In this document: positions 49,180 through 63,000 of the stretch, one piece after another
Layout of the letters: each line of letters opens with the position of its first letter
Numbering within the stretch: position 1 is the first letter of the stretch
Source of the DNA: Laetmonice hystrix
Lineage: Eukaryota
Assembly (NCBI GenBank): GCA_965235115.1
Contig: OZ249436.1
Coordinates: 25,918,001-25,982,000 of the forward strand
Direction of reading: 5' to 3'
DNA: 64,000 nucleotides
The notes under the pieces: generated by a model
The model's input: only the letters and a program-made list of their open reading frames with translations
Told to the model about the DNA's origin: nothing
The model's database searches: none
Program-made: the position numbers and the translations under genes

Positions 49180-50130
49180 CAGGGAGTACGTTAGCGGTCG
49201 CCACGCTCGCAAACGCAAATACCTACCGCTTGTGGCGAGTTCCACTGCCAAAATAAACCAACAAATTCGCCACGCGTGCGAATTCCACTATCCCCCAGTT
49301 TATCTTTATAGCCCAGGTATCCCCTGGGAGTGCCGTTTCTCTCAAAGCCTGCACACCTCATCCGCCACATGTATTGACTGTGCTGGTGGAGCACGGTGTG
49401 TAGATGTGACATGTAGGTGATCAGGGACCATGGTGACCGATCCACCCAGCCCGGTCACTGCGCCAGGCCAGGGTTCCCCATATACGCACTGCCCAGGTCG
49501 GGCCGACCTCAGTGCTGGCCCGTCACCCCATGGCCCTCACTTCTCATGTCTGGGGTGACTTTGACAGATGGCATGAGATGCCAATCACCCTGTAGAAGTA
49601 TAGTTTAAATGCTATCCCGATTACCTGGCAGGCTGAGTGTGCTGGGAGAGGCCAGGTGATACATAGCTTGGTTGAGGTCACATGGCATGAAGGTGGGGAG
49701 TCAGCTCGGCCGGCTTATTAGTATGGGGTGGGGTCGGGGTTGTTAGGGGGGATCGCTGCAATAAGGGGTATATAGCCTAGGTATGGTACCCCTCAATGTG
49801 GGCCGGGCCCCTCCTGAGACATCCCAATATTCTTGCTGAGAGGGCCACTTGTGTAGAGTTATCCTAGCTCTAGACAGCTCATTCCTTTAAAAAAAACTGT
49901 CACTACACACAGGCAGCAAATGACAGCGAATGAAAGTACCTTTCTTTTAAGAAACAGCAAACACTTTATAATATACAGAGAAATTAATATAATGAACTCT
50001 GGTTTATCGAAATAAAAAAACCCCATTTCCTTAACAATACTGTGGCTAAAACTTTTTCCGTGTGGCTAGTTCTTTTCCTCAGTTGTTAGCCACTGTGGCT
50101 AAGACCCAAAATTCCCTAGTGTACTCCCTG
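49180..50130. mobile_element. CAGGG-terminated TIR element with 5-bp TSD (hAT5-like)
   Basis: TIR CAGGGAGTAC/GTACTCCCTG; TSD CCCAA/CGCAA; empty site (agtaccgcaagaa) in the sister unit at ~52284. Confidence 0.85.
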
Positions 50131-53100
50131 CGCAAGAAAGGAGGGGCACCAAAGGTGCAAGGCGAACATGGGCGCGGGGGGGGGGGGGCTTGAATTTAGA
50201 AAGTCAAAGAACGTTACTTCTGGAGCTAGATGTGAAGTTTCTCAAAGTATTTCAGGCGCATGTAGGGGTCCGGGGGTTGGACCCCCTCTCCTGCTCCCCC
50301 AGAGCATAGATTCATTTTTCCTTAGATTCAGCGGGACACCATCGAACGAACAGGTGCAAAGCATTCTGCCTATTTTAAACTGGTTGAGTGATGAATAGGC
50401 CTACACAAAATATAGTGCACTAAATGGGTCCATAAAAGGCTTCTAATTTAAAAAAAAAACATTTCGGCGACCACCCTGCTGAAAATCCTAGATACGTGGC
50501 TGTATTTAGACCTAGCCTAACAATAATGTCAATTCTTTAAAAAGAAAGAGTGCAGATACGCCCCTGACATGTCGAAAGGGATCATAGAGATCTACTGCAT
50601 GGTATATCTACCTATTTTGATATATTAATCATTGTGGAAGGATACATTAAAATCGTAATTATATCTAGAGACTCTGATTGCCAAGCAAGGTAGGTCCCAT
50701 TTCCCGAATGGTTTTCTATCATTACCTATATTTTTCTCTCATTTAATTATTGTCCCAACAATAGCGTCATTTCCATTCACATGGAAGTTACTAAGTATTC
50801 TTTTGACATTATGAAATATTATAGTCCTGATGGATTATATGGATTATACCCGTTACGGGCATCATGAAAAATATCACAGACTCAAGAACAATAGGTGCGA
50901 ATGCCATCCACACCAGGCTGTTGGCTCACGCTGAAACCAAGTGCAGCTGGCCAAAAGTTTGCCGTGTCTCTTGAACTCCACAGCCAACAATCAGTAGTAG
51001 CCTAGTGTTTTATTCAGCTCTCCTATGTAAGATTTAAAAACAAATGCATTAGACAGTTATATCCACAGTTCAAAGGCACAGCTAATTCAGTTATGTCAGT
51101 TCTGAATACACAATCATCCTCCACCAAACCGACCCTGACTGGGAGGGAGGGGGCGGAGTCACAACCCGCCCCGGCCGCCTGGCCGGCCCTTATCACCAGC
51201 GCTTACGTAACCCTCTGCCGACCCTGGCTCTGGCCTCCCAGCAGGTGATTTGTGTATTCAGAGATGCCACCTGTCAGAGTGTAAAAATATTATAGTGAAG
51301 ACTATACCCATTAAAACTTACAATTCTGGCCATATTACCTTTCCAAAACAAGAACTAAACAGTCAGTGGTATACCTAAATCTATACACTTTGTAATTGTT
51401 GTATTTGTATATGGCTATCTTAAACAGGTTTAAGGTAGAGCCTGTCAACGTCAGATTACATTATTTCATCATAAATAAAAAAGATATTGGTAAATTTATG
51501 AAAAGAAATATGCAAAGTGACCAATCGTCAATAGCAGCACATATCTAGTGACCAAATACACGATTCCTATATGACTAAAGCAGTTTTAGAAAAAAATGTC
51601 AAAAGTGACAAACTTCAAAGTCACGTGGTTCGGCGAAAATAGGTCAAATCGCTAATCCTTGGAATCGTATTGTGAACCTTTCGTTAGAGAGTGTTTTTGC
51701 CGAATATTGTCGAATTTTACCAAAAAATAGAGAAGGAGAAGCAATTTAACCGATTTGTGACCAATGACCCAGTTCACCCTAAGGTCAAAGGTCAAAGGTC
51801 AAATCAAGACTCAAATTGAGGCAGCACCTTTGGCCGATTATGAGGGCATGACGGGTTTTTAAAAAAAATTCCCAATATGAGCTTAAAAATGGCTTCAATT
51901 CTCATAATACGTTTGACGTCATCACGTCATGACGTGACGTTACATGACGTCAGGATTCGATGCCTGACCATACTTTGTCATTGTCAAGATGTGTGCCAAA
52001 TTTCATTTTGATATTTTGAAAATTGACTGAGATAGACATACAAGTTTACTACTACTACTACTACTACTACAACTACGACGCCAAAAACTAGACACGTTGT
52101 GGCGATACCACAATTGATCCCATCCCGGGGGAGTCACGTGATATATGACTTCCTATTCCTGTTCAATAGTAACCATGGCTCAATCTTTCACCGTTTACGA
52201 GTTGGAGGCTTAGGAAAATAATGTTAATATCATTATAATCTCATACGTCGATCATGATCCTGCTTTCATGCAGGCTCAGATCCAGTACCGCAAGAAAGGA
52301 GGGGCACCAAAGGTGCAAGGCGAACATGGGCGCGGGGGGGGGGGGGGGACTTGAATTTAGAAAGTCAAAGAACGTTACTTCTGGAGCTAGATGTGAAGTT
52401 TCTCAAAGTATTTCAGGCGCATGTAGGGGTCCGGGGGTTGGACCCCCTCTCCTGCTCCCCCAGAGCATAGATTCATTTTTCCTTAGATTCAGCGGGACAC
52501 CATCGAACGAACAGGTGCAAAGCATTCTGCCTATTTTAAACTGGTTGAGTGATGACTACTGAATAGGCCTACACAAAATATAGTGCACTAAATGGGTCCA
52601 TAAAAGGCTTCTAATTTAAAAAAAAAAACATTTCGGCGACCACCCTGCTGAAAATCCTAGATACGTGGCTGTATTTAGACCTAGCCTAACAATAATGTCA
52701 ATTCTTTAAAAAGAAAGAGTGCAGATACGCCCCTGACATGTCGAAAGGGATCATAGAGATCTACTGCATGGTATATCTACCTATTTTGATATATTAATCA
52801 TTGTGGAAGGATACATTAAAATCGTAATTATATCTAGAGACTCTGATTGCCAAGCAATACAGGTAGGTCCCATTTCCCGAATGGTTTTCTATCATTACCT
52901 ATATTTTTCTCTCATTTAATTATTGTCCCAACAATAGCGTCATTTCCATTCACATGGAAGTTACTAAGTATTCTTTTGACATTATGAAATATTATAGTCC
53001 TGATGGATTATATGGATTATACCCGTTACGGGCATCATGACAAATATCACAGACTCAAGAACAATAGGTGCGAATGCCATCCACACCAGGCTGTTGGCTC

Positions 53101-56100
53101 ACGCTGAAACCAAGTGCAGCTGGCCAAAAGTTTGCCGTGTCTCTTGAACTCCACAGCCAACAATCAGTAGTAGCCTAGTGTTTTATTCAGCTCTCCTATG
53201 TAAGATTTAAAAACAAATGCATTAGACAGTTATATCTACAGTTCAAAGGCACAGCTAATTCAGTTATGTCAGTTCTGAATACACAATCATCCTCCACCAA
53301 ACCGACCCTGACTGGGAGGGAGGGGGCGGAGTCACAACCCGCCTGCCAACCCGGCCGCCTGGCCGGCCCTTATCACCAGCGCTTACGTAACCCTCTGCCG
53401 ACCCTGGCTCTGGCCTCCCAGCAGGTGATTTGTGTATTCAGAGATGCCACCTGTCAGAGTGTAAAAATATTATAGTGAAGACTATACCCATTAAAACTTA
53501 CAATTCTGGCCACATTACCTTTCCAAAACAAGAACTAAACAGTCAGTGGTATACCTGAATCTATACACTTTGTAATTGTTGTCTTTGTATATGGCTATCT
53601 TAAACAGGTTTAAGGTAGAGCCTGTCAACGTCAGATTACATTATTTCATCATAAATAAAAAAGATATTGGTAAATTTATGAAAAGAAATATGCAAAGTGA
53701 CCAATCGTCAATAGCAGCACATATCTAGTGACCAAATACACGATTCCTATATGACTAAAGCAGTTTTAGAAAAAAATGTCAAAAGTGACAAACTTCAAAG
53801 TCACGTGGTTCGGCGAAAATAGGTCAAATCGCTAATCCTTGGAATCGTATTGTGAACCTTTCGTTAGAGAGTGTTTTTGCCGAATATTGTCGAATTTTAC
53901 CAAAAAATAGAGAAGGAGAAGCAATTTAACCGATTTGTGACCAATGACCCAGTTCACCCTAAGGTCAAAGGTCAAAGGTCAAATCAAGACTCAAATTGAG
54001 GCAGCACCTTTGGCCGATTATGAGGGCATGACGGGTTTTTAAAAAAAATTCCCAATATGAGCTTAAAAATGGCTTCAATTTTCATAATACGTTTGACGTC
54101 ATCACGTCATGACGTGACGTTACATGACGTCAGGATTCGATGCCTGACCATACTTTGTCATTGTCAAGATGTGTGCCAAATTTCATTTTGATATTTTGAA
54201 AATTGACTGAGATAGACATACAAGTTTACTACTACTACTACTACTACAACTACGACGCCAAAAATAATACAGAAGACGAAACCACACAATTTCTAAATCC
54301 CATCCCCTCCGTAGGGGATGGGATAATAATACAGAAGACGAAACCACACAATTTCTAAATCCCATCCCCTCCGTAGGGGATGGGATAATAATAATAATAA
54401 TAATAGGGAAGACGAAACCACACAATTTCTAAATCCCATCCCCTGGATAGGGGATGGGATAACTAGACCCGTTGCGGTGATAACCACAATGGATCCCATC
54501 CCCTGGGGGGTCCTGTCTACCATGTTCTGATTTAGTAGAGAGAGCTAAGGCTATTCAAAATGATGGTGTCAAATGAAAGAACATATATATTGCTTCCTGT
54601 CAGTGTTAGTGTTTAATAGTAGGTACATAGCCCTAACTTCAAGCATTTACAAGTTATAGCCCTAAGAAAAATAAGAAAATATGGATGATGTCATTAGGAC
54701 CTGATAGGTCACGTGACCTGAAAAATAATGGTGCTAAATGAAAGAGCATATATGACTTCCTATTCGTGTTCAATAGTAACTATGACGCTAACTTCAACCG
54801 TTTACAAGTGATAGCCCTGAGAAAATATGGATGACATCATTATGACGTCATAGGTCACGTGACCTGAAAAATAATGGTGTCAAGTGAAAGAACATATATG
54901 ACTTCCTATTAGTGTTTAATAGTAACTATGGCTCTATCTTCAACCATTCACAAGTTATAGCCCTGAGAAAATATGGATGACATTCTTATGCCATCACAGG
55001 TCACGTGACCTAAAATAATAATGGTGCCACATGAAAGAGCATCTATAATGACTTCCTATTCATCTTCAATAGTAGACTAAGTATGACTCTAACTTCAACC
55101 ATTTACAAGTGATGGCCCTGAGAAAACATGGTTGACATCATTATCACGTCATAGGTCACGTGACCTGAAAAATAATGGTTTCAAATGAAAGATCATATAT
55201 GACTTCCTATTAGTGTTTAATAGTAACTATGGCTCTATCTTCAACCATTTACAAGTTATTGCCCTGGGAAGATATTGATGACGTCATAGGTCACGTGACC
55301 TGAAAAATAATGGTGCCAAATGAAAGAGCATGACTTCCTATTCGTGTTCAATAGTAACTATGACCCTAACTGGAAATGTTTAGAAGTTATAGCCATAGAT
55401 AGCTAAACTGGCCACTGTTGAAAACTTCAAGGTCACGTGATTCATCGAATATAGGTCAAATCGCTTATCTTTGGGTGATTCTATTAAAACCCTTGTTAGA
55501 GAGTGTTCCTGTCCAATATTATCAAATTTTACCAGAAAATTAAAAAGAAGTAGCGATTTAACTGATTTGTGACCTAGGACCCAGTTCTCCCTAAGGTCAA
55601 AGGTCAAAGGACAAATGAAGGGTCAGTTTTAGGCTAGACCCTTGCCTGATCATAACGCCATGATAGATCTTGGAAATTCCAAATATGAACTTTGAAAATG
55701 GCCCTCAATATCCCAAACACGTTTGACGTTATGACGTCATGACGTGACGTCACGTGACGGCATGACTGATTGTGTGACCTGACTTTGTCATGGTCAAGAT
55801 CTCTGCCAAGTTTGATTGAGATATCTTGAAAAATGACTGAGATAGAGGTACTGTTTACAACTACAACTACTACTACTACTACAACGCAAAAAACTAGACA
55901 CGTTGTGGCGATACCACAATTGATCCCATCCCCGGGGAGTCACGTGATATATATATGACATGTTCTGAGTAGGATAAACTATGGCTCGATCTTGCACAGT
56001 TAATGACTTATAAGCTTTAGAAGATGCCAATGACGTAATTATGAGGTGACACGTCATACTACGTAATAAATCTTGGTCTCAAATGAAAGAGCATGTATAT

Positions 56101-57838
56101 ATGACTTCCTATTACTGTTTAATAGTAACTATAGCTCTAACTTGTACCATTTACAATTTATAGCCCTGAGAAAAATACCTATGACACCTTATGATGTCAG
56201 TCAAATCACGTAAAAAAATGTCAAGTGAAAGATATATGACTGTCTATGAGTTTTTAATAGTAACTATGTCTCTAACGCCAACCATTTACAAGTTTTAGCC
56301 AAACTAACATATCGACTTCCATCTGACGTCATAGGTCACGTCGTCACCTAAAAATAATGGTGTCGAAGGAAAGAGAATATGTGACTTCCTAGTAGGGTTA
56401 AATGGTAACCATTGCTCTATCTTGAATGGTTTAGGATTTAGAAACCTTCGAAGATGTCAATGGCATCATTATGACATCATATGATACATTACATCATAAA
56501 TCTTGGTGTCAATTGAAAGAGCATACAATGTATAGGCCTATGACTTCCTATTCCTGTTCAATAGTAACCATGGCTCCATCTTGCACCGTTTACAAGTTAT
56601 AGGCTGAAGAAATAATGATAACATCATAACGTCATGCTCCTCCTGCAGGCATGCACAGATCCAGCACTGCACGAAAGGAGGGGCACCAAAGGTGCGAGGT
56701 GAACATTGTGTGCGGGGACTTGAATCAAAGAACCTCGATATGGTATCGAGGTTCTTTGCTGGAATTTAGAAGGTAAAAAAACGCTATTTCGGGAGATAGA
56801 TGTGACGTTTCTCAAAGTATTTAAGGCGCGTGTCGGCAGACCCCATTCTTCGCCAGAACATAGATTCTTTTTCCCTTCAACACCGAACTAACAGTTGCAA
56901 AGCATTCCGGCTATTTTGAACTGGTTGAGTGATGAATCCACAAAATATAAATCCCTAAAATGTCCCTAAAAGGCCGGAAATCGCTTCTAAGAGCTTTTAA
57001 TTTTTAAAGATTTCCCGAGACCCCTCTGCTGAAAATGCTGGACCCGTGGCTAGCCTAACAATATTGTTTTGTCAATTCTTCAAAAGGAAAGAGTGGGGAT
57101 ATAGAGGGATGTGCCCACGCCGGGCGGCGCCGGGCGGCGCCGGGCGGGGCCACCCGGCACCGATTTTAGCCGCCTGGCACAAAACTAAAATGGTCCAAGT
57201 GCTGCCCGGCAGGAATTTTCATCAGGCCTATCATCTGAAAAAATATCCCCCCATCTGCACCCCTTGCCAACTGAAAACCCTGTGCCTAAATAGCCCCCCC
57301 CCCCCCTTGCCAACTGAAAACCTTGCGCCTTCGCTGCTAGCGCAAAACTACCGCCCGGCATTCATTTTTTTCTAGGCACATCTGCCCATGGGAAGTTGAC
57401 ACTGACAAGTGCTTTCCTATATAATTTAGTATTACAGGTCGTATACAAAAATGATAGCATCATAAGATAACAGTTCAATGTGTCTAATTACAGTGCTAAT
57501 TTTGTCTTCTTCATCCCAGGGAAATGTTTTATAACAAATGTATTCACCCTTGTTAACATTTCTTTTTGGTAGTAGAGTCGTCGCTTGATGTTTGAAGTTT
57601 TAATTCCTGAGGCACACGGTTGTCCCGCTTCGACCAATATGTCACTATATATAGGCAGTCAGTGTCTATATGTTCCTCATAATCAAATCTATATATCTCT
57701 GTCCTTTCTCTGCTCCTTCTCCCCTAGTCTCTCTCTCTCTCTTGGTGCTCTTATATATCCCCTCGTTCACGTTTTTGCCCCAGTCCCAGTTTAAAGGATG
57801 GTCACTGGTCATTGGCCGGTGGCCCACGTCCAATTAAC

Positions 57839-59261
57839 CAGGGATGAAAGTTTTCAGGAAATTTCCTGAAATCAGGAAATTTGAAAAAATCCCCCCCCCC
57901 CAAGAAATAACACCCAAAAAAGGAAATAGGCCTAGATCTATAGGCAAAAGGGGTAGGCCTAAGCCAAGGCTAAGTATTGCCCTGGACTGTGTGGTGGGCA
58001 ATTTTATTTGTTAAATTTATATCAAATGAAACAATATCCCCTTTCAGGACGTTTTTTAACACCATGCAGCTCAATATATCTCTACCTGCCCAAAGTTCGT
58101 TTATAGATGGGGATATTAGAGTGTCTCAAAACCGTCCAGTGTCACGGGTACCGCCGTGCATAGGCCGGTCTGCCGGGGGTGCTGGTGTGTACCGCCCGCG
58201 GTCCCTGTGGGCTGACTTCTACCGGCACGCGGTGGCGTCTGTCCCGTCTGGCAGGCACGACCCCGTGTCGCTGTGGTGAGAGCGACTCACCTCAGGTAAT
58301 GACTTCAGGCAAAACTGATGGTCAGGCAGCTGCGAAGCCCGTTGATTCAGGCTTGCCATTATGCCATATCCATGCGCGAGTTTTGCCTGAGCGCCTACTT
58401 AGTGACAGCAACGAGACTATAGACAGACCGGTCTGTCTAGTCCCGGAGTTGGTGATAGTGATTAGGCTGACGAACTACGCACCATCACAATGTCACAGGA
58501 AACTGGGTCAATTTAGTTCTATGAATCTGCCTAGTATATGTCATATGTCAGTAAGTTCTCATAATGTTTTCTTGCATATAAATTTGAGGATAATGGCATT
58601 ACGTAAGTGGTTTTCACTGAAGTTTTGGGGTTGTCAGGACTTTTCATTACATTTGTTGATCAGTGCAGGTGTCCTGATAAGACCGGAAGTGACAATATTT
58701 ACAACAACGTGAGTGGCACATGGACACACGGGCTGAACCACTCGACTCAGCGACTGTGTTGCTTGGCTGAGAGCCGCTGAGGGTCGTGACTGCTGAGGGT
58801 CAAGACTGATATACAGCCTGTGTGGTCAGTCTAACACATGGAAGCTGTTTGACAACGTAATTGGGTGCATTTTGGATGCTAAAAGCCGACTGGATTCCAA
58901 TGTTGGAGAGAGACGGCAGAGCCAGGCAGAGGTTGACAGTGACACTGAGTGACAGGCAAGCAACAGCCTTGAACAGGGGCATGGACTGATGAGTGATGGA
59001 GTCTATCCAGCAAATTTGCAGGGGGTTGGGGGGTGGGGGTGGGGGGGGTGGCGACTAAATACTGAGGGCTAGGCCATATAATAGCTAGGAGGCCTTATCG
59101 GATCATGATTGTCTGCTGTTCCTAGCCTGACTTTTTTAAGGGGGGGGGGGTAAGCCCCTTGGATGTGCGCATGAACAAATATTAATTATGGACATTGGCC
59201 CCCGCTGCTGCCCCCCGGTCAGGATTTCAGGAAATTTTACCGCTGGCCACTTTCATCCCTG
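57839..59261. mobile_element. CAGGG-terminated TIR element with 7-bp TSD
   Basis: TIR CAGGGATGAAAGT/ACTTTCATCCCTG; AATTAAC duplicated at 57832-57838 and 59262-59268; empty site at ~62851. Confidence 0.88.
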
Positions 59262-59698
59262 AATTAACTGACCGCCCCCTGACCGGCTCCTTTGATTGAG
59301 AGCTGCCGCCCGATGGCTGGCATGTTATATGACTGAGAAGGTGCCTCTTCTATAAACAGTCCTTAAGTATTTCTCACAGAGCGTTCCCCATCTCCCTTCC
59401 GCATACCCGCTCAAGTGATGGCTGCATATATTGTGTGTGCTGCTCGCCAGGACGAATGCATACCTGTCTACTGTGCATACCGTTCGTTCACTTCGCTATT
59501 TAGCCAACACGTAGTCATACATCACGAAACTTTACCAATAGGTGCGAATGTCATCCACACCAGACTGTTGGCTCAGGCTGAAACCAAGTGCAGCTGACCA
59601 AAAGTTTGTCGTGTCACTTGAACTCCACAACCAACAATCAATAGTATTGTTTTATTCAGCTCTCCTATATAAGATTCAAAAACAAATGCATTAGGCAG

Positions 59699-60074
59699 CA
59701 TAGGCGCCAGAAGCGGGGGGGCAGGGGGGTCGACCGCCCCCTCAATAATCTGGTTGGGGGGGCATCGCCCCCCCAATAATCTCTGAACATAAATGAAAAA
59801 AGGCAGGTTTTTCCACATACAGTAGGCCTGTTGAAACCATGACTTGGGTGCTTCAAAGAGTGGGTCGATTGTCCTATTGATACATTGTAATCTATTCATT
59901 CACGCCATCAAAACATAAAAAATCTTGCCTCAAAATGGTGTAGAAAAGTGTTTTAGGCCGTGTGTAGTTTTCAAAAATTTCTCGGGGAGGGCATACGATC
60001 CTGCTTGTTGTAGCCTCTGACTTTCGCTTCAGCTCTCTTGCCCCCCCAATAATAATTTGCTTCCGGCGCCCCTG
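59699..60074. mobile_element. hAT-like MITE with 8-bp TSD
   Basis: TIR CATAGGCGCCAGAAGC / GCTTCCGGCGCCCCTG; TTAGGCAG duplicated at 59691-59698 and 60075-60082; empty sites at ~47553 and ~63288. Confidence 0.88.
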
Positions 60075-63000
60075 TTAGGCAGTTACACCTACAGTTCAAA
60101 GGCACAGCTAATTCAGTTATGTCAGTTCTGAATACACAATCACATTCCTCCAACCCCAGCCTGACTGCGAGGGAGGGAGGAGTAGTCACAACAGACCACC
60201 GCCGGCCGGCCGACCCTTATCACCAGCACTTACGTAACCCTCTGCCGACGCTGGCCCTGTCCTAACAGCGGGTGATTAGTGTATTCAGAGATGCCACCTC
60301 TCAGAGTGTAAAAATATTATAGTGAAGACTATACCCATTAAAACTTACAATTCTGGCCATATTACCTTTCCAAAACAAGAAGTAAACAGTCAGTGGTATA
60401 CCTGAATCTATACACTTTGTAATTGTTGTATTTGTATATGGCTATCTTAAACAGGTTTAAGGTAGAGCCTGTCAACGTTAGATTACATTATTTCATCATA
60501 AATAAAAAAAATATTGGTAAATTTATTAAAAGAAATATGCAAAGTGATCAATCGTCAATAGCAGCACATATCTAGTGACCAAATACACAAGTCTTATATG
60601 ACTGAAGCAGTTTTAGAAAAGAAAGTCAAAATTGACAAACTTCAAAGTCACGTGGTTCAGCGAAAATAGGTCAAATCGCTTATCCCAGGATGTTTCTTGT
60701 GGAACTTTCTTTTGAGAGTGTTTCTGCCCAATATTGACATATTTGACCAAAGAATGAGGAAAGAGAAGGGATTTTACTGATTTGTGACCTTGGACCCAAT
60801 TCTCCCTTAGGTCAAAGGTCAAAGGTCAAATCAAGGCTCAGAGGTAGGCAGCACCCTTGGCCAATTACGAAGCCATAATGTGTTTTGTTTTTAAATGTCA
60901 ACATAAGCTTTAAAAATGACCTCAAAGTTCAAAATACGTTTGATGTCATGACGTCATGACGTGACGTCACATGACGTCATGACTCACTGCCTGATTATAC
61001 TTTGTCATTACGAAGATGTGTGCCAAATTTCATTGGGATATCTTGAAAAATGACTGAGATAGACATACATGTTAACTACAACTACAACTACACCCGCCAA
61101 AAATAATAATACAGAAGACGAAACCACACAATTTCTAAATCCCATCCCCTCCGTAGGGGATGGGATAACTAGACACGTTGTGGCGATACCACAATTGATC
61201 CCATCCCCGGGGAGTCACGTGATATATGACATGTTCTGAGTAGGGTAAACTATGGCTCGATCTTGCACAGTTAATGACCTATAAGCTTTAGAAGATGCCA
61301 ATGACGTAATTATGAGGTGACATGTCATACTGTGTAATGAATCTTGGTCTCAAATGAAAGAGCATGTAGGCTATATGACTTTAAATTTCTATTACTGTTT
61401 AATAGTAACTATAGCTCTAACTTCTACCATTTACAATTTATAGCCCTGAGAAAAATACCTATGACACCTTATGATGCCAGTCAAGTCACGTAAAAAAATG
61501 TCAAGTGAAAGATCATATATGACTTCCTATTAGGGTTAAATGGTAACCATTGCTCTATCTTGAATGGTTTAGGATTTAGAAACCTTCGAAGATGTCAATG
61601 GCATCATTATGACATAATAATGATACATTACATCATAAATCTTGGTGTCAGTTTGAAAGAGCATACAATGTATATGACTTCCTATTCCTGTTCAATAGTA
61701 ACCATGGCTCCATCTTGCACCGTTTACAAGTTATAGGCTGAAGAAATAATGATAACATCATAACGTCATGCTCCTCCCGCAGGCATGCACAGATCCAGCA
61801 CTGCACGAAAGGGGGGGGCACCAGAGGTGCGAACATGTGGGCGGGGACTTGAATCAGAGAACCTCGATATCGTATCGAGGTTCTTTGCTGGAATTTAGAA
61901 GGTCAAAAATCGCTATTTCTGGAGATAGATGTAAAGTTTCTCAAAGTATTTAAGGCGCCTGTCGGTAGACCCCATTCTCCGCCAGAACATAGATTCTTTT
62001 TCCCTTCAACACAGAACGAACAGGTGCAAAGCATTCCGGCTATTTTCAACTAGTTGAGTGATGAATCCACAAAATATAATGCCCTAAAATGGCCCTAAAA
62101 GGCGGAAAATCGTTTTATAAGAGCTTTTAATTTTTTAAGATTTCCCGAGACCCCTCTGCTGAAAATCCTGGACCCGTGGCTAGCCTAACAATAATTTTTT
62201 GTCAATTCTTCAAAAAGAAAGAGTGGGGGTATAGAGGGATGTGCCCACGCCGGGCGGCGCCACCCGGCACCGATTTTAGCCGCCTGGCACAAAACTAAAA
62301 TGGTTTAAGTGCTGCCCGGCAGGAATTTTTATCAGGCCTATCATCTGAAAAAATATCTTCCCATCTGCACCCCTTGCCAACTGAAAACCTTGCGCCTTCG
62401 CTGCTAGCGCAAAACTACCGCCCGGCATTCATTTTTTTCTGGGCGCATCTGCCCATGGCAAGTTGACATGTGCACTGACAAGTGCTTTCCTATATATTTT
62501 AGTATTATACAAAAATGATAGCCTCATAACATAACAGTTCAATGTGTCTAATTACAGTGCTAATTTTCTCTTCACACTTGTTAACATTTCTTTTTGGTAG
62601 TAGAGTCGTCGCTTGAGTTTTGAAGTTTTTATTCCTGAGGCACACGGTTGTCCCGCTTCGACCAATATGTCACTAGGCAGTCAGTGTCTATATGTTCCTC
62701 ATAGTCAAATCTATATCTCTGTCCTTTCTCTGCTCCTTCTCCCCTAGTCTCTCTCTCTCTCTTGGTGCTCTCATATATCCCCTCGTTCACGTTTTTGCCC
62801 CAGTCCCAGTTTAAAGGATGGTCACTGGTCATTGGCCGGTAGCCCACGTCCAATTAACTGACCGCCCCCTGACCGGCTCCTTTGATTGAGAGCTGCCGCC
62901 CGATGGCTGGCATGTTATATGACTGAGAAGGTACCTCTTCTATAAACAGTCCTTAAGTATTTTTCACAGAGCGTTCCCCTTCTCCCTTCCGCAGACCCGC

